A stretch of DNA of 64,000 nt from Candidatus Rokuibacteriota bacterium (GCA_003220615.1 QHTB01000155.1:39615-103614); one strand, 5' to 3'; counted from the first letter of the stretch, positions 30,968 through 40,960 are shown. Numbers and translations are program-made. The notes: a model not told the origin generated them from the letters alone.

Positions 30968-31540
30968 ATGACGCTTCACCGCAGGTGGCTGCTCACGGTC
31001 GCCGTGATCCTGCTGGGCACGACAGCGGCCGGAGGATGCGCGCCAGGACGGCGGCTTCCCGACGTGCCATACGTCGTGACGCCCGACCGCGTGATCGAGG
31101 AGATGCTGCAGATCGCGAGTGTCGGCCCGAACGATCTGCTCTACGACCTGGGCTCGGGCGACGGGCGCATCGTCATCGCGGCGGCCCGGAAGTTTGGAAC
31201 GCGCGGCGTCGGCATCGAGATCGATCCGGCGCTGATCGAGGTGGCCAACGAGAACGCGCGCCAGGCGGGCGTGACGCACCTCGTGCGCTTCGTGCACGGT
31301 GACATCTTCGTGGCCGACTTCGCCCAGGCGACCGTGGTGACGCTTTACCTGCTCCCCGAGCTCAACCTCCGGCTCCGCCCCAGGCTCCTGACCGAGCTCG
31401 CCCCGGGCACGCGGGTCGTCTCACACAACTACGACATGGGCTCCTGGGTGCCCCAGCGCTCCATCCGAATCACCGTGGATTCTCGGACTCACTACATCTA
31501 CTTCTGGGTCGTGCCGACCGCTCACTTGCGCCCCTCGTGA
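30968..31540 (+). CDS. SAM-dependent methyltransferase with lipoprotein-like signal
   Basis: VPYVVTP, YDLGSGDGRI, GIEID, ATVVTLYL, PGTRVVSH. Confidence 0.9.
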   Translation: MTLHRRWLLTVAVILLGTTAAGGCAPGRRLPDVPYVVTPDRVIEEMLQIASVGPNDLLYDLGSGDGRIVIAAARKFGTRGVGIEIDPALIEVANENARQAGVTHLVRFVHGDIFVADFAQATVVTLYLLPELNLRLRPRLLTELAPGTRVVSHNYDMGSWVPQRSIRITVDSRTHYIYFWVVPTAHLRPS

Positions 31541-33000
31541 CCGGTCACGCGCAGGCAGAACGCGCCGACGTGCTCGGCGAGCGCGCGCGCTGACGCGTAG
31601 CTTTCGGCGTTGACGGCCCTGAGGCGCTCGGCCGTGCGCTCGGCCTCGGCGCGAATCTTCGCCTCGTCGACCGTCAAGAGCCGTCCGTGCTCGAGGACGA
31701 GCCGGCCCCCCACCATCACGCTGTCCACGGCCGCGCCGCTCTCCGTGTTGACGAGCTGGAGCAGCGCATCGTTCAGCGGGACCCAGCCCGTGCGGGACAG
31801 ATCGAGGAACACCACGTCGGCCTTGAAGCCCGGCAGGAGCCGGCCGATCCGATCCATCCCCAGCACGCGGGCGCTGCCTTCGGTGGCGAGCGTGAAGGCT
31901 TCGCCGGCGGTGATCCACTCGCGGTAGTCGAACGTCTGGACCCGCGAGAGATACGCGCAGAGCCGCATCGCTTCGAACATGTTCTGCGTGTCCGACGAGC
32001 TGGCCGAGTCCGTCCCCAGGCCCACGCGGAGCCCCGCCGCGAGCATCGCGCGCACGCGCGCCACGCCGGAGCCGAGCCGCAAGTTGGACATCGGGTTGTG
32101 GGCGATGCTCGCCCCCGCCCCCGCGAGCCGTCGGACGTCGTCGTCCTCGAGCCAGACACCGTGGGCGCCGCTGAAGCGAGGGCCGACGACGCCGAGGGCA
32201 TCGAGGTGCGCGGTCAGCGACGTACCATACTTCTCGATGCCGAGGACGGCCTGGCCACGCGACTCGGCCAGGTGCATCTGGAGCGGAACGTCGAACTCGC
32301 GGGCGAGATCGCGACAGGCGCCGAGAAAGCCGTCGCTGCAGTGCAGCGGGATGGTGGGGCCGATCCCGGGCGCGACCTCGCTGCGATCGATCGGCCACGC
32401 TTTGAGAATGTCGCGGCACGTCGTCGCGCTCGCCTGGCCCGGCGCCGCGCGCAGGCCCTCGACCTGACGGCGAACCGCGTCGGGGAGCGACGCCAGCAAG
32501 CCGGGCAGCGCCTGCCACAGCGTCAGGTCGGCCATCATCGGCGCGACCACCGCGCGCACGCCGACCTGCTGGTAGGCGCGCGCCACCGCGTGCACGCCCT
32601 CCACCGTCGGCGCCGGGAACTCCGTGAACATGTCGAAGCACGCGGTGCAGCCCTTGCGCACGAGCTCGATCGCCGAGAGCTGGGCCGAGAGGCGCTTGTC
32701 CTCCAGCGTGCGGTTTCCGTTCACGGCGGCCGCGTAGCCGAGCAGGATCTCGAGTGGGATCGCGTCGGGCACGATGCCGCGCGCGAGCGCGCCGTGCGAA
32801 TGCGTGTGCGCGTTGATCAGGCCGGGGATGAGCAGCCGATCGCGAGCGTCGATCTGCCGTGTCCCCTCGGGCGCCCGGAGGCCGGGCGCGCCGATCTCGC
32901 GGATCGTGTCGCCTTCGATCAGGATATCGGCGGGCCGCGCCCGCAGGCCGGCTGGCTCGAGCAGGGTCCCACCGCGGATGACGGTCGTCGCTGTCGTCAT
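31522..33000 (-). CDS. Metal-dependent amidohydrolase (deaminase/AtzA-like group)
   Basis: PGLINAHTHS, HLAES, AHGVW, HNPMSNLRLGSG, LGTD. Confidence 0.92.
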   Translation of the reverse strand: MTTATTVIRGGTLLEPAGLRARPADILIEGDTIREIGAPGLRAPEGTRQIDARDRLLIPGLINAHTHSHGALARGIVPDAIPLEILLGYAAAVNGNRTLEDKRLSAQLSAIELVRKGCTACFDMFTEFPAPTVEGVHAVARAYQQVGVRAVVAPMMADLTLWQALPGLLASLPDAVRRQVEGLRAAPGQASATTCRDILKAWPIDRSEVAPGIGPTIPLHCSDGFLGACRDLAREFDVPLQMHLAESRGQAVLGIEKYGTSLTAHLDALGVVGPRFSGAHGVWLEDDDVRRLAGAGASIAHNPMSNLRLGSGVARVRAMLAAGLRVGLGTDSASSSDTQNMFEAMRLCAYLSRVQTFDYREWITAGEAFTLATEGSARVLGMDRIGRLLPGFKADVVFLDLSRTGWVPLNDALLQLVNTESGAAVDSVMVGGRLVLEHGRLLTVDEAKIRAEAERTAERLRAVNAESYASARALAEHVGAFCLRVTGHEGRK

Positions 33001-34517
33001 AGGTGACTCGCCATGGAATGGCCGATGACGTGCGGATCGGCGGCCGCGCGCGCCGTCTCGTACACCAGCCGGCCTTCGAACATCACCACGATGCGATCGG
33101 CGAGCTCCATCAGCTCGTCGAGGTCTTCGCTCAGGAGCAGCACGGCGGCCCCTGCGTTTCGCGCCGCCATGATACGCCCCCGGATCTCGGCGGTGGCGGC
33201 CACGTCGAGGCCCGCGCACGGGTTCTGGGCGACGAGCACCTTCGGCGACTCCGACAATTCGCGGGCCAGCACGGTCCGCTGCACGTTGCCGCCCGAGAGC
33301 GTGTCCAGGCGCGCGTCCGGCCCCGCCGCGCGGATCTTGAAGCGCTCGATCAGCTCACGGCCCTGAGCGCGTAACTGCTGCCGGCTCAGGAAGCCGCCGG
33401 CCAGCGCGATGGGCGGCCGGTCGAAGCTCCTGAGCGCGAGGTTCTCGGCCACGGTCATCTGTCTCACGCACGCGTTGCGCGAGGGCTCTTCGGGAAGGAC
33501 GAAGACGCCCCGACGACGTATCTGTCCCCGCGTCGGACGATAGGCTGCACCGGCCACGCGCACGATGCCGGACTCGGGGCGGCGCTGGCCAGCCAGAGCT
33601 TCCACCAGCTCGCGTTGACCGTTGCCCGACACACCGGCCACGCCCAGAATCTCCCCCGCGCCGACCGCGAGCGACACCTCTCGAACCGCGGTCAGGCCCC
33701 GGTCGTCGAGCACCGTGAGGCCCTCGAGCCCGAGCATCGCCGGCGATGGCGCGAGCGCCGCGCGCGGCGCCGGCTCGGGAAGACCGGCGGCGCCGATCAT
33801 CATCGCCACGAGGTCGGCGCGCGTGAGGTCCGTCACCGCTCCACCGCCGATGCGCCGACCGGCCCGCAGCACCGTCACCTCCCGGGCGAACGCTTCGACC
33901 TCGCGGAATTTGTGGGTGATCAGCACCACCGTCACCCGGCCGTCGCGCGACATCTCGCCCAGCACGCCGAGGACCTGGTCCGCCTCGTCGGGCGTCAGCA
34001 CGCTCGTCGGCTCGTCGAGGATCAAGACGCGCCGCCCGAGGAAGAGCTGCTTGAGGATCTCGATCTTCTGCTTCTCGCCCGCGGCCAGCGCGCCGACCGT
34101 TCGATCGAGGTCGACCCGAAACGGCATTCGGCTCAGGAACGCCTTCATCGACTCACGCTCGACGTCCCAGCGGATCACGGCGGGCAGATCGTCCTTGCCG
34201 AGGACGAGGTTCTCGGCCACGGTCATGCTCGGCACCAGCGTGAAATGCTGGTACACCATGCCGAACCCGAGGCGGTGAGCGTCGCGCGGCCCGGCGACGT
34301 GGTGCTCCTGGCCATCGACCAGCACGTGGCCGGCGTCGGGGCGGTGGTAGCCCATCATGCACTTCACGAGCGTGCTCTTCCCCGCCCCGTTCTCGCCGAG
34401 GATCGCGTGGAAGGCACCCGGCGCGAGCCGGAGCGAGACGTCATCGAGCGCGGTCAGCGCTCCGAAGCGCTTCGTCATCCCGCGCACGTCGACGAGGGGC
34501 GGCGTCGGCTCGCTCAT
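32997..34517 (-). CDS. ABC transporter ATP-binding protein (two NBDs, sugar/nucleoside type)
   Basis: GENGAGKST, ILDEPT, LSGGN.Q; ATGA overlaps. Confidence 0.95.
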   Translation of the reverse strand: MSEPTPPLVDVRGMTKRFGALTALDDVSLRLAPGAFHAILGENGAGKSTLVKCMMGYHRPDAGHVLVDGQEHHVAGPRDAHRLGFGMVYQHFTLVPSMTVAENLVLGKDDLPAVIRWDVERESMKAFLSRMPFRVDLDRTVGALAAGEKQKIEILKQLFLGRRVLILDEPTSVLTPDEADQVLGVLGEMSRDGRVTVVLITHKFREVEAFAREVTVLRAGRRIGGGAVTDLTRADLVAMMIGAAGLPEPAPRAALAPSPAMLGLEGLTVLDDRGLTAVREVSLAVGAGEILGVAGVSGNGQRELVEALAGQRRPESGIVRVAGAAYRPTRGQIRRRGVFVLPEEPSRNACVRQMTVAENLALRSFDRPPIALAGGFLSRQQLRAQGRELIERFKIRAAGPDARLDTLSGGNVQRTVLARELSESPKVLVAQNPCAGLDVAATAEIRGRIMAARNAGAAVLLLSEDLDELMELADRIVVMFEGRLVYETARAAADPHVIGHSMASHL

Positions 34518-35437
34518 TTGCTGATCGTCAGCTCGCTGGGAGCGCCGAGGAGCGCGTGACGCGGCGACGAGCTCCAGACGAGGAGCCCGAGGGTCAGGAC
34601 GTAAGGCGCCGCGTTGAACAGGTAGTAATTCGACGTGTACCCGATCGACTGGAGCGCCGGACCGAGCGCCGTGGCGGCGCCGAAGAGCAGCGACACCCAG
34701 AAGCAGTGGATCGGGTTCCAGCGGGCGAAGATGACGAGCGCGATGGCCATCAGCCCCTGGCCGCTCGAGAGGCCCTCGTTCCACGTCCCGGGATAGTAGA
34801 GCGAGAGAAACGATCCGCCCACACCGGCGAGGAAGCCGCCGGCCATCGTCGCCAGCGTGCGCACGCCGCGCAGCGAGTAGCCGAGCGCGCGGGCGGCGTC
34901 GGCGTTGTCCCCGACAGTCCGCACGACCAGGCCCCAGCGCGTGCTGGCCAGGATGAAGCGGAGGGCGAGCGCCAGCACGATGCCGGCGACGAACAGCGCG
35001 TTGATCTCGAGCGCGACCCTGATCTGAGGAGACGAGCTCCACCAGCCGAGCGCCAGATGAGGCAGTCGCGGCGCCGACGGCTGGATGTAGGGCTTGCCGA
35101 GGAAGAACGCGAGCCCGGTCCCGAAGAGGAACAGCGCGATGCCCACCGCGATGTCGTTCACCCTCGGCAGGCTGCAGACCACGGCATGCAGCAGCCCGAA
35201 TCCCGCGCCGATCGCACCAGCGACGAGCACGCCGAGCCACGGCGAGCCCGTGAGGTACGCGATCGCGTACCCGCTCATGGCTCCCATCACCAGCGTGCCT
35301 TCGAGCCCGAGGTTCACACGTCCGCTCTTCTCGGTCAGCGTCTCGCCGAGGCTCACGTAGAGGTACGGCGTCGAGACACGGATGGCGCCTCCGACGACGG
35401 CGATCATCGCTCCCCAGGCGCCGAGCTCTGGGGTCAT
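34514..35437 (-). CDS. ABC transporter permease
   Basis: EKSGRVNLGLEG, G.GLMAIALVIFARW, PYVLTL. Confidence 0.93.
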   Translation of the reverse strand: MTPELGAWGAMIAVVGGAIRVSTPYLYVSLGETLTEKSGRVNLGLEGTLVMGAMSGYAIAYLTGSPWLGVLVAGAIGAGFGLLHAVVCSLPRVNDIAVGIALFLFGTGLAFFLGKPYIQPSAPRLPHLALGWWSSSPQIRVALEINALFVAGIVLALALRFILASTRWGLVVRTVGDNADAARALGYSLRGVRTLATMAGGFLAGVGGSFLSLYYPGTWNEGLSSGQGLMAIALVIFARWNPIHCFWVSLLFGAATALGPALQSIGYTSNYYLFNAAPYVLTLGLLVWSSSPRHALLGAPSELTISK

Positions 35438-35507
35438 TGAACAGGGCGCGGGCACCCGGGCTGTCGCCACGCCCGCGCCCCGCCGCGATCACTGTTTGCG
35501 GTCATTC
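35437..35507. repeat. Palindromic repeat family A copy between the two permease genes
   Basis: TTGAACAGGGCGCGGGCACCCGGGCTGTCGCCACGCCCGCGCCCCGCCGCGATCAC. Confidence 0.75.
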
Positions 35508-36543
35508 AGTCTCCCGATGAGCGTCGAAAGCGACCGTAGAGCGTGTTGGCGGCGAGCAGCGCGATGAAGAGAAGGCCTTCAAGGACCAGCGTGGCAGCGT
35601 CAGGAAGACCGAAGCGCCGCTGCAGGAGCCCGCCGCTCGCGGTGATCCCGCCCAGCAGGACGGCGACCGCGATGACCGCCAGCGGATTCTGACGCGCGAG
35701 GAACGCGACGAGGATCCCGGCGTAACCGTAGCCGACGACGAGCGAGGAGCTGGCGAACCCGTGGACGGCGACGACTTCGATGGCGCCCGCCAATCCAGCC
35801 GCGGCCCCGCCGAGCACGGTGGTGGCGAGGACGATGGCGCCGATCGGCAGGCCGACCATCTGGGCGGCGCGGACGTTGCCGCCGACGACGTCGACGGCGA
35901 AGCCAACGATCGTGTGTCGCATGAGCACCCACGTGACCACGCACGCGACGACGCCGAAGACGAGGCCCCAGTGGATGCCGGTGGCCGGGATCGTGCCGAT
36001 CATCAGGCGCTCGCCGATGGCCCACGACGCGGGCTTGAGCACCTGGCCGAAATCGCGGATGGGCCCGGCGACGAGGTGGTTCATCACGGCGATGGCGATG
36101 TAGTTCAGGAGCAGCGTCGCGATCGTCTCGTTGACGCCGCGCCAGTGCCTGAGCGCGCCGGCCACTCCGACCCAGAGGCCGCCACCGAGAGCACCGGCCA
36201 GGCACATCAGCGCGACCGCGAGCGGTGGCGGCAATCCACCGAGGTTGACGCCGGCGAGCACGGTCGCCACGCCCCCGACGACCAGCGCGCCCTCGCCGCC
36301 GATCACCAGCAATCCCGCGCGCGCGGGCAGCGCCGTGCAGAGCGCGGTGAGCATGATCGGCGCGGCCTGGGTCAGCGTCTCTTCGAGCGAGAACCAGGAG
36401 CCGAAGCCGCCGGCGACGAGGGCCGCGTAAACGTCGAGCGGGTTCAGGCCGCGGAGCGCGACGAAACCGCCGAAGACCCCGAGGGCGGCCAGCAGGGCGG
36501 CGGCCGAGATGGCCGCCGTCTCCGCCCACGCCGCGCCCCGCAC
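35506..36543 (-). CDS. ABC transporter permease
   Basis: IGGEG, VNETIATLLLNY, GYGYAGILVAFLA. Confidence 0.93.
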   Translation of the reverse strand: MRGAAWAETAAISAAALLAALGVFGGFVALRGLNPLDVYAALVAGGFGSWFSLEETLTQAAPIMLTALCTALPARAGLLVIGGEGALVVGGVATVLAGVNLGGLPPPLAVALMCLAGALGGGLWVGVAGALRHWRGVNETIATLLLNYIAIAVMNHLVAGPIRDFGQVLKPASWAIGERLMIGTIPATGIHWGLVFGVVACVVTWVLMRHTIVGFAVDVVGGNVRAAQMVGLPIGAIVLATTVLGGAAAGLAGAIEVVAVHGFASSSLVVGYGYAGILVAFLARQNPLAVIAVAVLLGGITASGGLLQRRFGLPDAATLVLEGLLFIALLAANTLYGRFRRSSGD

Positions 36544-36547
36544 GCGG

Positions 36548-37663
36548 TTACTTCTTGAGGCCGGTCTTGCCGACGGCGCCCTCGACCAGGAAGTTCACCG
36601 CCAGCTTGAACTTGTTGTCGTCGTTGGCGATGACCTCACCCTCTTTGAGGATGACGTTGCCCTCGTTGTCCTTCAAGGGGCCTTTGTAGAGCTTGAGCGA
36701 GTCGTCGACGAAGCCCTGCTTCATCGCGAGGATCTTCGTCCTGAGCTCCGGAGTCACCGCCCGGCCGAACGGGCTCAGCGCGACCATGTCCTGCTTGAAG
36801 CCGCCGCGTAGCAGGTTCGGGTAGCTCGTTCCGTCCTGCCACGCCTTGACGAAGCGCGTACCGGCCGCCCAGTTCCACTCGGCGCCGGTCAGGAAGCCCT
36901 TGGGCGCCAGCTCGGAGACGTCGGTGTGATAGCCGCACGAGTAGATCCCGCGGCGCTCGGCGTTCTCGATGACGACCTTGGCCGAGTCGACGTTGGCGAC
37001 GATGACGTCCACGCCCTGATCGATGAGACTGTTGGTGACCTCCGCCTCGCGCACCGGGTTGTTCCAGTCACCGGTGATGACGACCTGGCAGGTGATGGCG
37101 GGATTCACGGCACGCGCACCGAGGACGAAGCCGTTGGCGTTGTTGAAGATGAAGTAGACGGGCTTGCTGCCGATGAACCCGATCTTCCCCGTCTTCGTCA
37201 TGGAGCCGGCGGCCACGCCGCACAGATAGTGTGGTTCTTCCATGTAGCCGCGATAGCCGATCGTGTTCTTAGGATTACCGTCCTTCCACAAGGCGCCGAT
37301 GTGGGTGAACAGGACGTCCGGATATTTCGGCGCGACTTTCAGCACCGACGGCCAGTAGCCGAACGACGTGGCGAAAACGACCTTGGCGGTGTCCTGGCGG
37401 ATCATCGCCTCCATCACCTTCTCGGCCTCGACCGTCTCCGGCACGTTCTCTTGCTCGATGATCTTCACGCCCTCGAGCTGGGCGACCTTCTTGGCGGCGA
37501 CGGCGTGCGACTGATTCCAGCCGTAGTCGTTCTTCGGGCCCACATAGATGAAGCCGACGGTCACCGGCCTGGCGGCGGCACGGGCCAGCGTGGGGGTGAG
37601 AGCGGCGGCGAGGCTGCCGGCGAGGAGCTGGCGGCGCGTCAGCGATGCTTCGATCATGGGCAT
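36548..37663 (-). CDS. BMP family ABC substrate-binding protein with Tat-like signal
   Basis: TRRQLL, VGFIYVGP..DYGWNQSH, ATSFGY. Confidence 0.92.
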   Translation of the reverse strand: MPMIEASLTRRQLLAGSLAAALTPTLARAAARPVTVGFIYVGPKNDYGWNQSHAVAAKKVAQLEGVKIIEQENVPETVEAEKVMEAMIRQDTAKVVFATSFGYWPSVLKVAPKYPDVLFTHIGALWKDGNPKNTIGYRGYMEEPHYLCGVAAGSMTKTGKIGFIGSKPVYFIFNNANGFVLGARAVNPAITCQVVITGDWNNPVREAEVTNSLIDQGVDVIVANVDSAKVVIENAERRGIYSCGYHTDVSELAPKGFLTGAEWNWAAGTRFVKAWQDGTSYPNLLRGGFKQDMVALSPFGRAVTPELRTKILAMKQGFVDDSLKLYKGPLKDNEGNVILKEGEVIANDDNKFKLAVNFLVEGAVGKTGLKK

Positions 37664-37693
37664 CCCTCCTGCCCGCGAGGGCGCCCTACGATA

Positions 37694-39670
37694 TCAGACG
37701 GCGGCCAGCCAATCCCACAGTCGGCCCGCGGCCGCGAGGCAGACCTCGACGTCGTCCTCGAGCAGATAGCGCTCGCCCACGAGGCCGCCGGCGGCGGAGC
37801 GCACGCGAGCCAGATATTCCTCGCGGGAGCGGTAGCGCTCTTCGATCGACGGCCGGGGATCGCCGCTCGTCTCGCGCTCGCGCCGCGTCTTGGCGAACGG
37901 CAGCGTGGAGCCGGCGAAGGCCAGCCGCTGCTCGGCGCCACCGATCTCGGGATGGCGGAGGTTCCATCCCGTGAAGGCCGCGAGCGGGACGGCGATCTCG
38001 GGGAGCACGATGCCTCCGCGCTCGTTGCCGTCGTCGTCCACGGCCGCCACGCGCGAGCCCCACCCGGGGCCGTGCTTCGGCGGCAGGGTCGAGAAATCGA
38101 GCCGGCGCGGCATCGCGTGGTGGCGCGGGTAGCTCGCGCCCGGGATGCGGTCGAAGACCGCGGCCAAGGTTTGCGGCGGCACCGCGGTCCCGTTGTCGAG
38201 GCGCGGATGGCGGCTCGGCGGCGGCGCGACGCCGTCGCGCACCCAGCGGTCGAGGTTCATCAGGCACGCCCGGAGCAGCGGCGCGTAGTTGATGACGTTG
38301 CGGACGCTCTGCGAGCGATCGAGCGTGCCGGTGGGATCGGCCGCCGCCGGCTGAGAATCGGTCGGCGGCCAGACGCCCAGGCCGTGCTCGGTACCCACGA
38401 AGTGGTAGACGCGCACGTTCTGACCGTGGAGCACGTCGCTCTTGCCGTCGGGATCGGTGTGGATCAGCGACGCGTCGCCGCGGTGATACTCGGACGACGT
38501 GTTCGTGTACATCACCTTGAGCCCGCTGCGGCGCGCGTCGAGGCGATGGTGGAGCGCGCCGCGCGCGTCCGTCATCGGATCGGCCTCGGGTAGGTCGGTG
38601 AACGGGAAGAGGTGCGACATCATGAACGGCCGGTCCTTCGAGTTCTGGCCGAAGCGCTGGTTGAACTCACCGCGCATGCCGCCGGCGACGTTGGCGATCA
38701 CGCCGTCGAGCACCTCGCGTCCCTGCTCGTCGAGGACGAGGTCCTCCCAGATCATCGTGCGCAGCACGCGGCCGGTCTGGGAACGCCCGTAGGCGTAGGC
38801 GTGCTGGATCACGCCCGGAGCCGGATGGCCGTCGCCCGCGCCACCGTGCTTGAGCCACGACACGCAGTCGCGCAGCGCCGCCATGCCGAGCCCGTGCACC
38901 GGCGCGCCGATGGCCGTGTACACGATCTGGTAGAGGCGGCCCTTCGTGAAGCCACCGTCCAGGTGGACGTGATTCGGATCGGGCACGACGCGGCCGTCCA
39001 CGACCCGCGCGAAGCGCCAGCGGTCGCGCGGAATCGTCTGGGCGTCCGCGTCCGGTTGATCGCGAACGATGAGCACCGCGTCGCGCTCGTCGAGGTCGGC
39101 GGCGGGGTGAGGCAGATGACCGCGGTCGGAGATCAGAAAGTCGGGGACGTCGCGCGAGGCTTGCATCTGCGTGTAGATGCGCCCGGTCAGTCGCTGGCCC
39201 CGGGGGCCGAGCGCTTCGGGAACTTCGAGACGCAGGAGGCCGGGCAGGCGCGGCACGTCGTCCTGCCAGCCACACGAGGCCACGACGAAGCCGTGGCGCA
39301 TCAGGAACCCGTCGCCGACGTCGATGGCCGGGTCGGGATCGGACGCGGCCCCGAACACGGGACGCGTGGCGCGGTTGAAGTTGGGGACCGTCACCGTGTT
39401 GCCGCGATTCACCACGTCGAGGACGAGCCGGCCACTGGCCCGGCGGCGATCGACGGGGACGAGAATCGAGACGTCCGCCGCGAACTCGACGCGGCCGGCG
39501 GCGTTGCGTGGCGCCAGCCCGACGTCGGTGATGCGCTGGTTGGCCGGATGCTGAGGATCGACCGCGAAGTGGAGCCGGCCCTTCAACTCCTCGTAGGCTC
39601 CCACGCTGCCGAAGGCGTGGCCGTCGGCGAGGGGACGGCGCAGGCGGATGTCGAACCGGGTGACGGGCAT
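37694..39670 (-). CDS. Large alpha/beta-hydrolase-domain protein of unknown substrate
   Basis: FGSVGAYE, DVVNRG, GWQ.D, YGRSQTGR nucleophile-elbow-like motif, EY..GDASL, DPRPSIEERY. Confidence 0.8.
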   Translation of the reverse strand: MPVTRFDIRLRRPLADGHAFGSVGAYEELKGRLHFAVDPQHPANQRITDVGLAPRNAAGRVEFAADVSILVPVDRRRASGRLVLDVVNRGNTVTVPNFNRATRPVFGAASDPDPAIDVGDGFLMRHGFVVASCGWQDDVPRLPGLLRLEVPEALGPRGQRLTGRIYTQMQASRDVPDFLISDRGHLPHPAADLDERDAVLIVRDQPDADAQTIPRDRWRFARVVDGRVVPDPNHVHLDGGFTKGRLYQIVYTAIGAPVHGLGMAALRDCVSWLKHGGAGDGHPAPGVIQHAYAYGRSQTGRVLRTMIWEDLVLDEQGREVLDGVIANVAGGMRGEFNQRFGQNSKDRPFMMSHLFPFTDLPEADPMTDARGALHHRLDARRSGLKVMYTNTSSEYHRGDASLIHTDPDGKSDVLHGQNVRVYHFVGTEHGLGVWPPTDSQPAAADPTGTLDRSQSVRNVINYAPLLRACLMNLDRWVRDGVAPPPSRHPRLDNGTAVPPQTLAAVFDRIPGASYPRHHAMPRRLDFSTLPPKHGPGWGSRVAAVDDDGNERGGIVLPEIAVPLAAFTGWNLRHPEIGGAEQRLAFAGSTLPFAKTRRERETSGDPRPSIEERYRSREEYLARVRSAAGGLVGERYLLEDDVEVCLAAAGRLWDWLAAV

Positions 39671-39756
39671 CAGGGCCCCGAGTCTACCGCCGTATCGATT
39701 TCTCGGCATTGCGATCTGCCGGCGGCTCGCGATACTGCGGGTGGAGGTGATCCGTG

Positions 39757-40152
39757 ATGACTCGAGCGACCGGAGCGCTCGCTCTCGCGATCGTCCTTGT
39801 CCCCGGCCTGGCCGCCGCCGAGCCGTGGTCGCGCGCACGCATCCACGCGCTGCCGGACTCCGCGTTCGCCGTGGTCGAGATCGCGCCGGACAGCCGGAAG
39901 GTCCGCCATCTGCCGCACCACGACGAGTCGGGCGCCGTCGACCTTCCCCACCTGATCGCCGCCCGCGCGCGAGGGAGCCAGGTGAAGTGGCTGGACCCGG
40001 CCAACGAAGCCATCGCACGCGAGCATCTCGACGATCACTGGCGACGGCGCTCTTCCAGCTCTTCCAGCGTGCGCGGCCAGTCGTCGTGGAGGAGCCGGGA
40101 GAGTGAGCGATCCGCCAGCAGCTTGCCGCCCGTCTGGCAGCGCGGGCAGTAG
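39757..40152 (+). CDS. Small secreted hypothetical protein (LPDSAFA / RHLPHH motifs)
   Basis: GGAGGT RBS, signal peptide ending AAA-E; 3' end overlaps the convergent fpg gene. Confidence 0.65.
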   Translation: MTRATGALALAIVLVPGLAAAEPWSRARIHALPDSAFAVVEIAPDSRKVRHLPHHDESGAVDLPHLIAARARGSQVKWLDPANEAIAREHLDDHWRRRSSSSSSVRGQSSWRSRESERSASSLPPVWQRGQ

Positions 40153-40934
40153 TTCGTCTCGTTCTCCGCGTAGACGATCCGCTGCACGGGGGCGCCGCAC
40201 ACGGGACAGGGCTTGCCGTAGCGGCCGTGAACGGCCATGTCGGGGCGGAACGCGGTCACGCCTTCGGGAAAATCCTCACCGGCCTCCTGGCGCAGGCGCT
40301 CGACCCACTCGGTGAGCACGGCGCGTGTCGCACCGTAGAGGCGCATCCACTCCGCCTCGTCGAGCTGTCGCGTCTGCTTCACGGGCGAGAGTCGGGCGCG
40401 GTGCAGGATCTCGTCGGAGTAGGCGTTGCCGATGCCGCTCAGCAGCCGTGGATCGGTCAGCGCGCGCTTGAGCGTGTGGTTCTCGTTCTCGAGCGCGGCC
40501 CGGAACGCCGCGGGGTCGGCGGCGAACACGTCGATCCCGCCCGCATCGTGCTCGCCCAGCGCCCATTCACCCTGCACGAGGTGGATCGCCGCCCGGCGCT
40601 TGGTGCCGGCCTCGGTCAGCACGAGCGTTCCGCTCTCGAGCTCGAATGCGGCCAGCCCCTGCTTGCCGGCGCCTCGCGCGCCCGGCGCTTTCCAGTGCAG
40701 ACGCCCGGCGATCATCAGATGGATCACGAGGAAGAGATCGCCCTCGAGCGCAAGGACGATCCGCTTGCCGACGCGCCGGACGCCCGTGACCTTGCGCCCG
40801 TTCGCGGTGCCAAGCGGCGGCTCCACCGAGCGCAGGACGAAGGGATGGAGCAGCTTCACGCGCTCGAGACGCACCCCGACGACGCGAGGCGCCAGCGCGT
40901 GGAGGTAGGCTTCGACGTCGGGCAGCTCGGGCAT
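40035..40934 (-). CDS. mutM: Fpg/Nei family DNA glycosylase
   Basis: N-terminal PELPDV, R.GK, GIGNAYSDE H2TH, CPVC..CPRC zinc finger. Confidence 0.92.
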   Translation of the reverse strand: MPELPDVEAYLHALAPRVVGVRLERVKLLHPFVLRSVEPPLGTANGRKVTGVRRVGKRIVLALEGDLFLVIHLMIAGRLHWKAPGARGAGKQGLAAFELESGTLVLTEAGTKRRAAIHLVQGEWALGEHDAGGIDVFAADPAAFRAALENENHTLKRALTDPRLLSGIGNAYSDEILHRARLSPVKQTRQLDEAEWMRLYGATRAVLTEWVERLRQEAGEDFPEGVTAFRPDMAVHGRYGKPCPVCGAPVQRIVYAENETNYCPRCQTGGKLLADRSLSRLLHDDWPRTLEELEERRRQ

Positions 40935-40942
40935 CGGGCGGC

Positions 40943-40952
40943 ATGGTACCCT
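40943..40952. promoter_or_regulatory. Overlapping divergent -10 elements (leaderless candidates)
   Basis: ATGGTACCCT gives TACCAT (-) and TACCCT (+), each 8 nt from an ATG, in a 26-bp gap. Confidence 0.55.
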
Positions 40953-40960
40953 CGGCCGCC

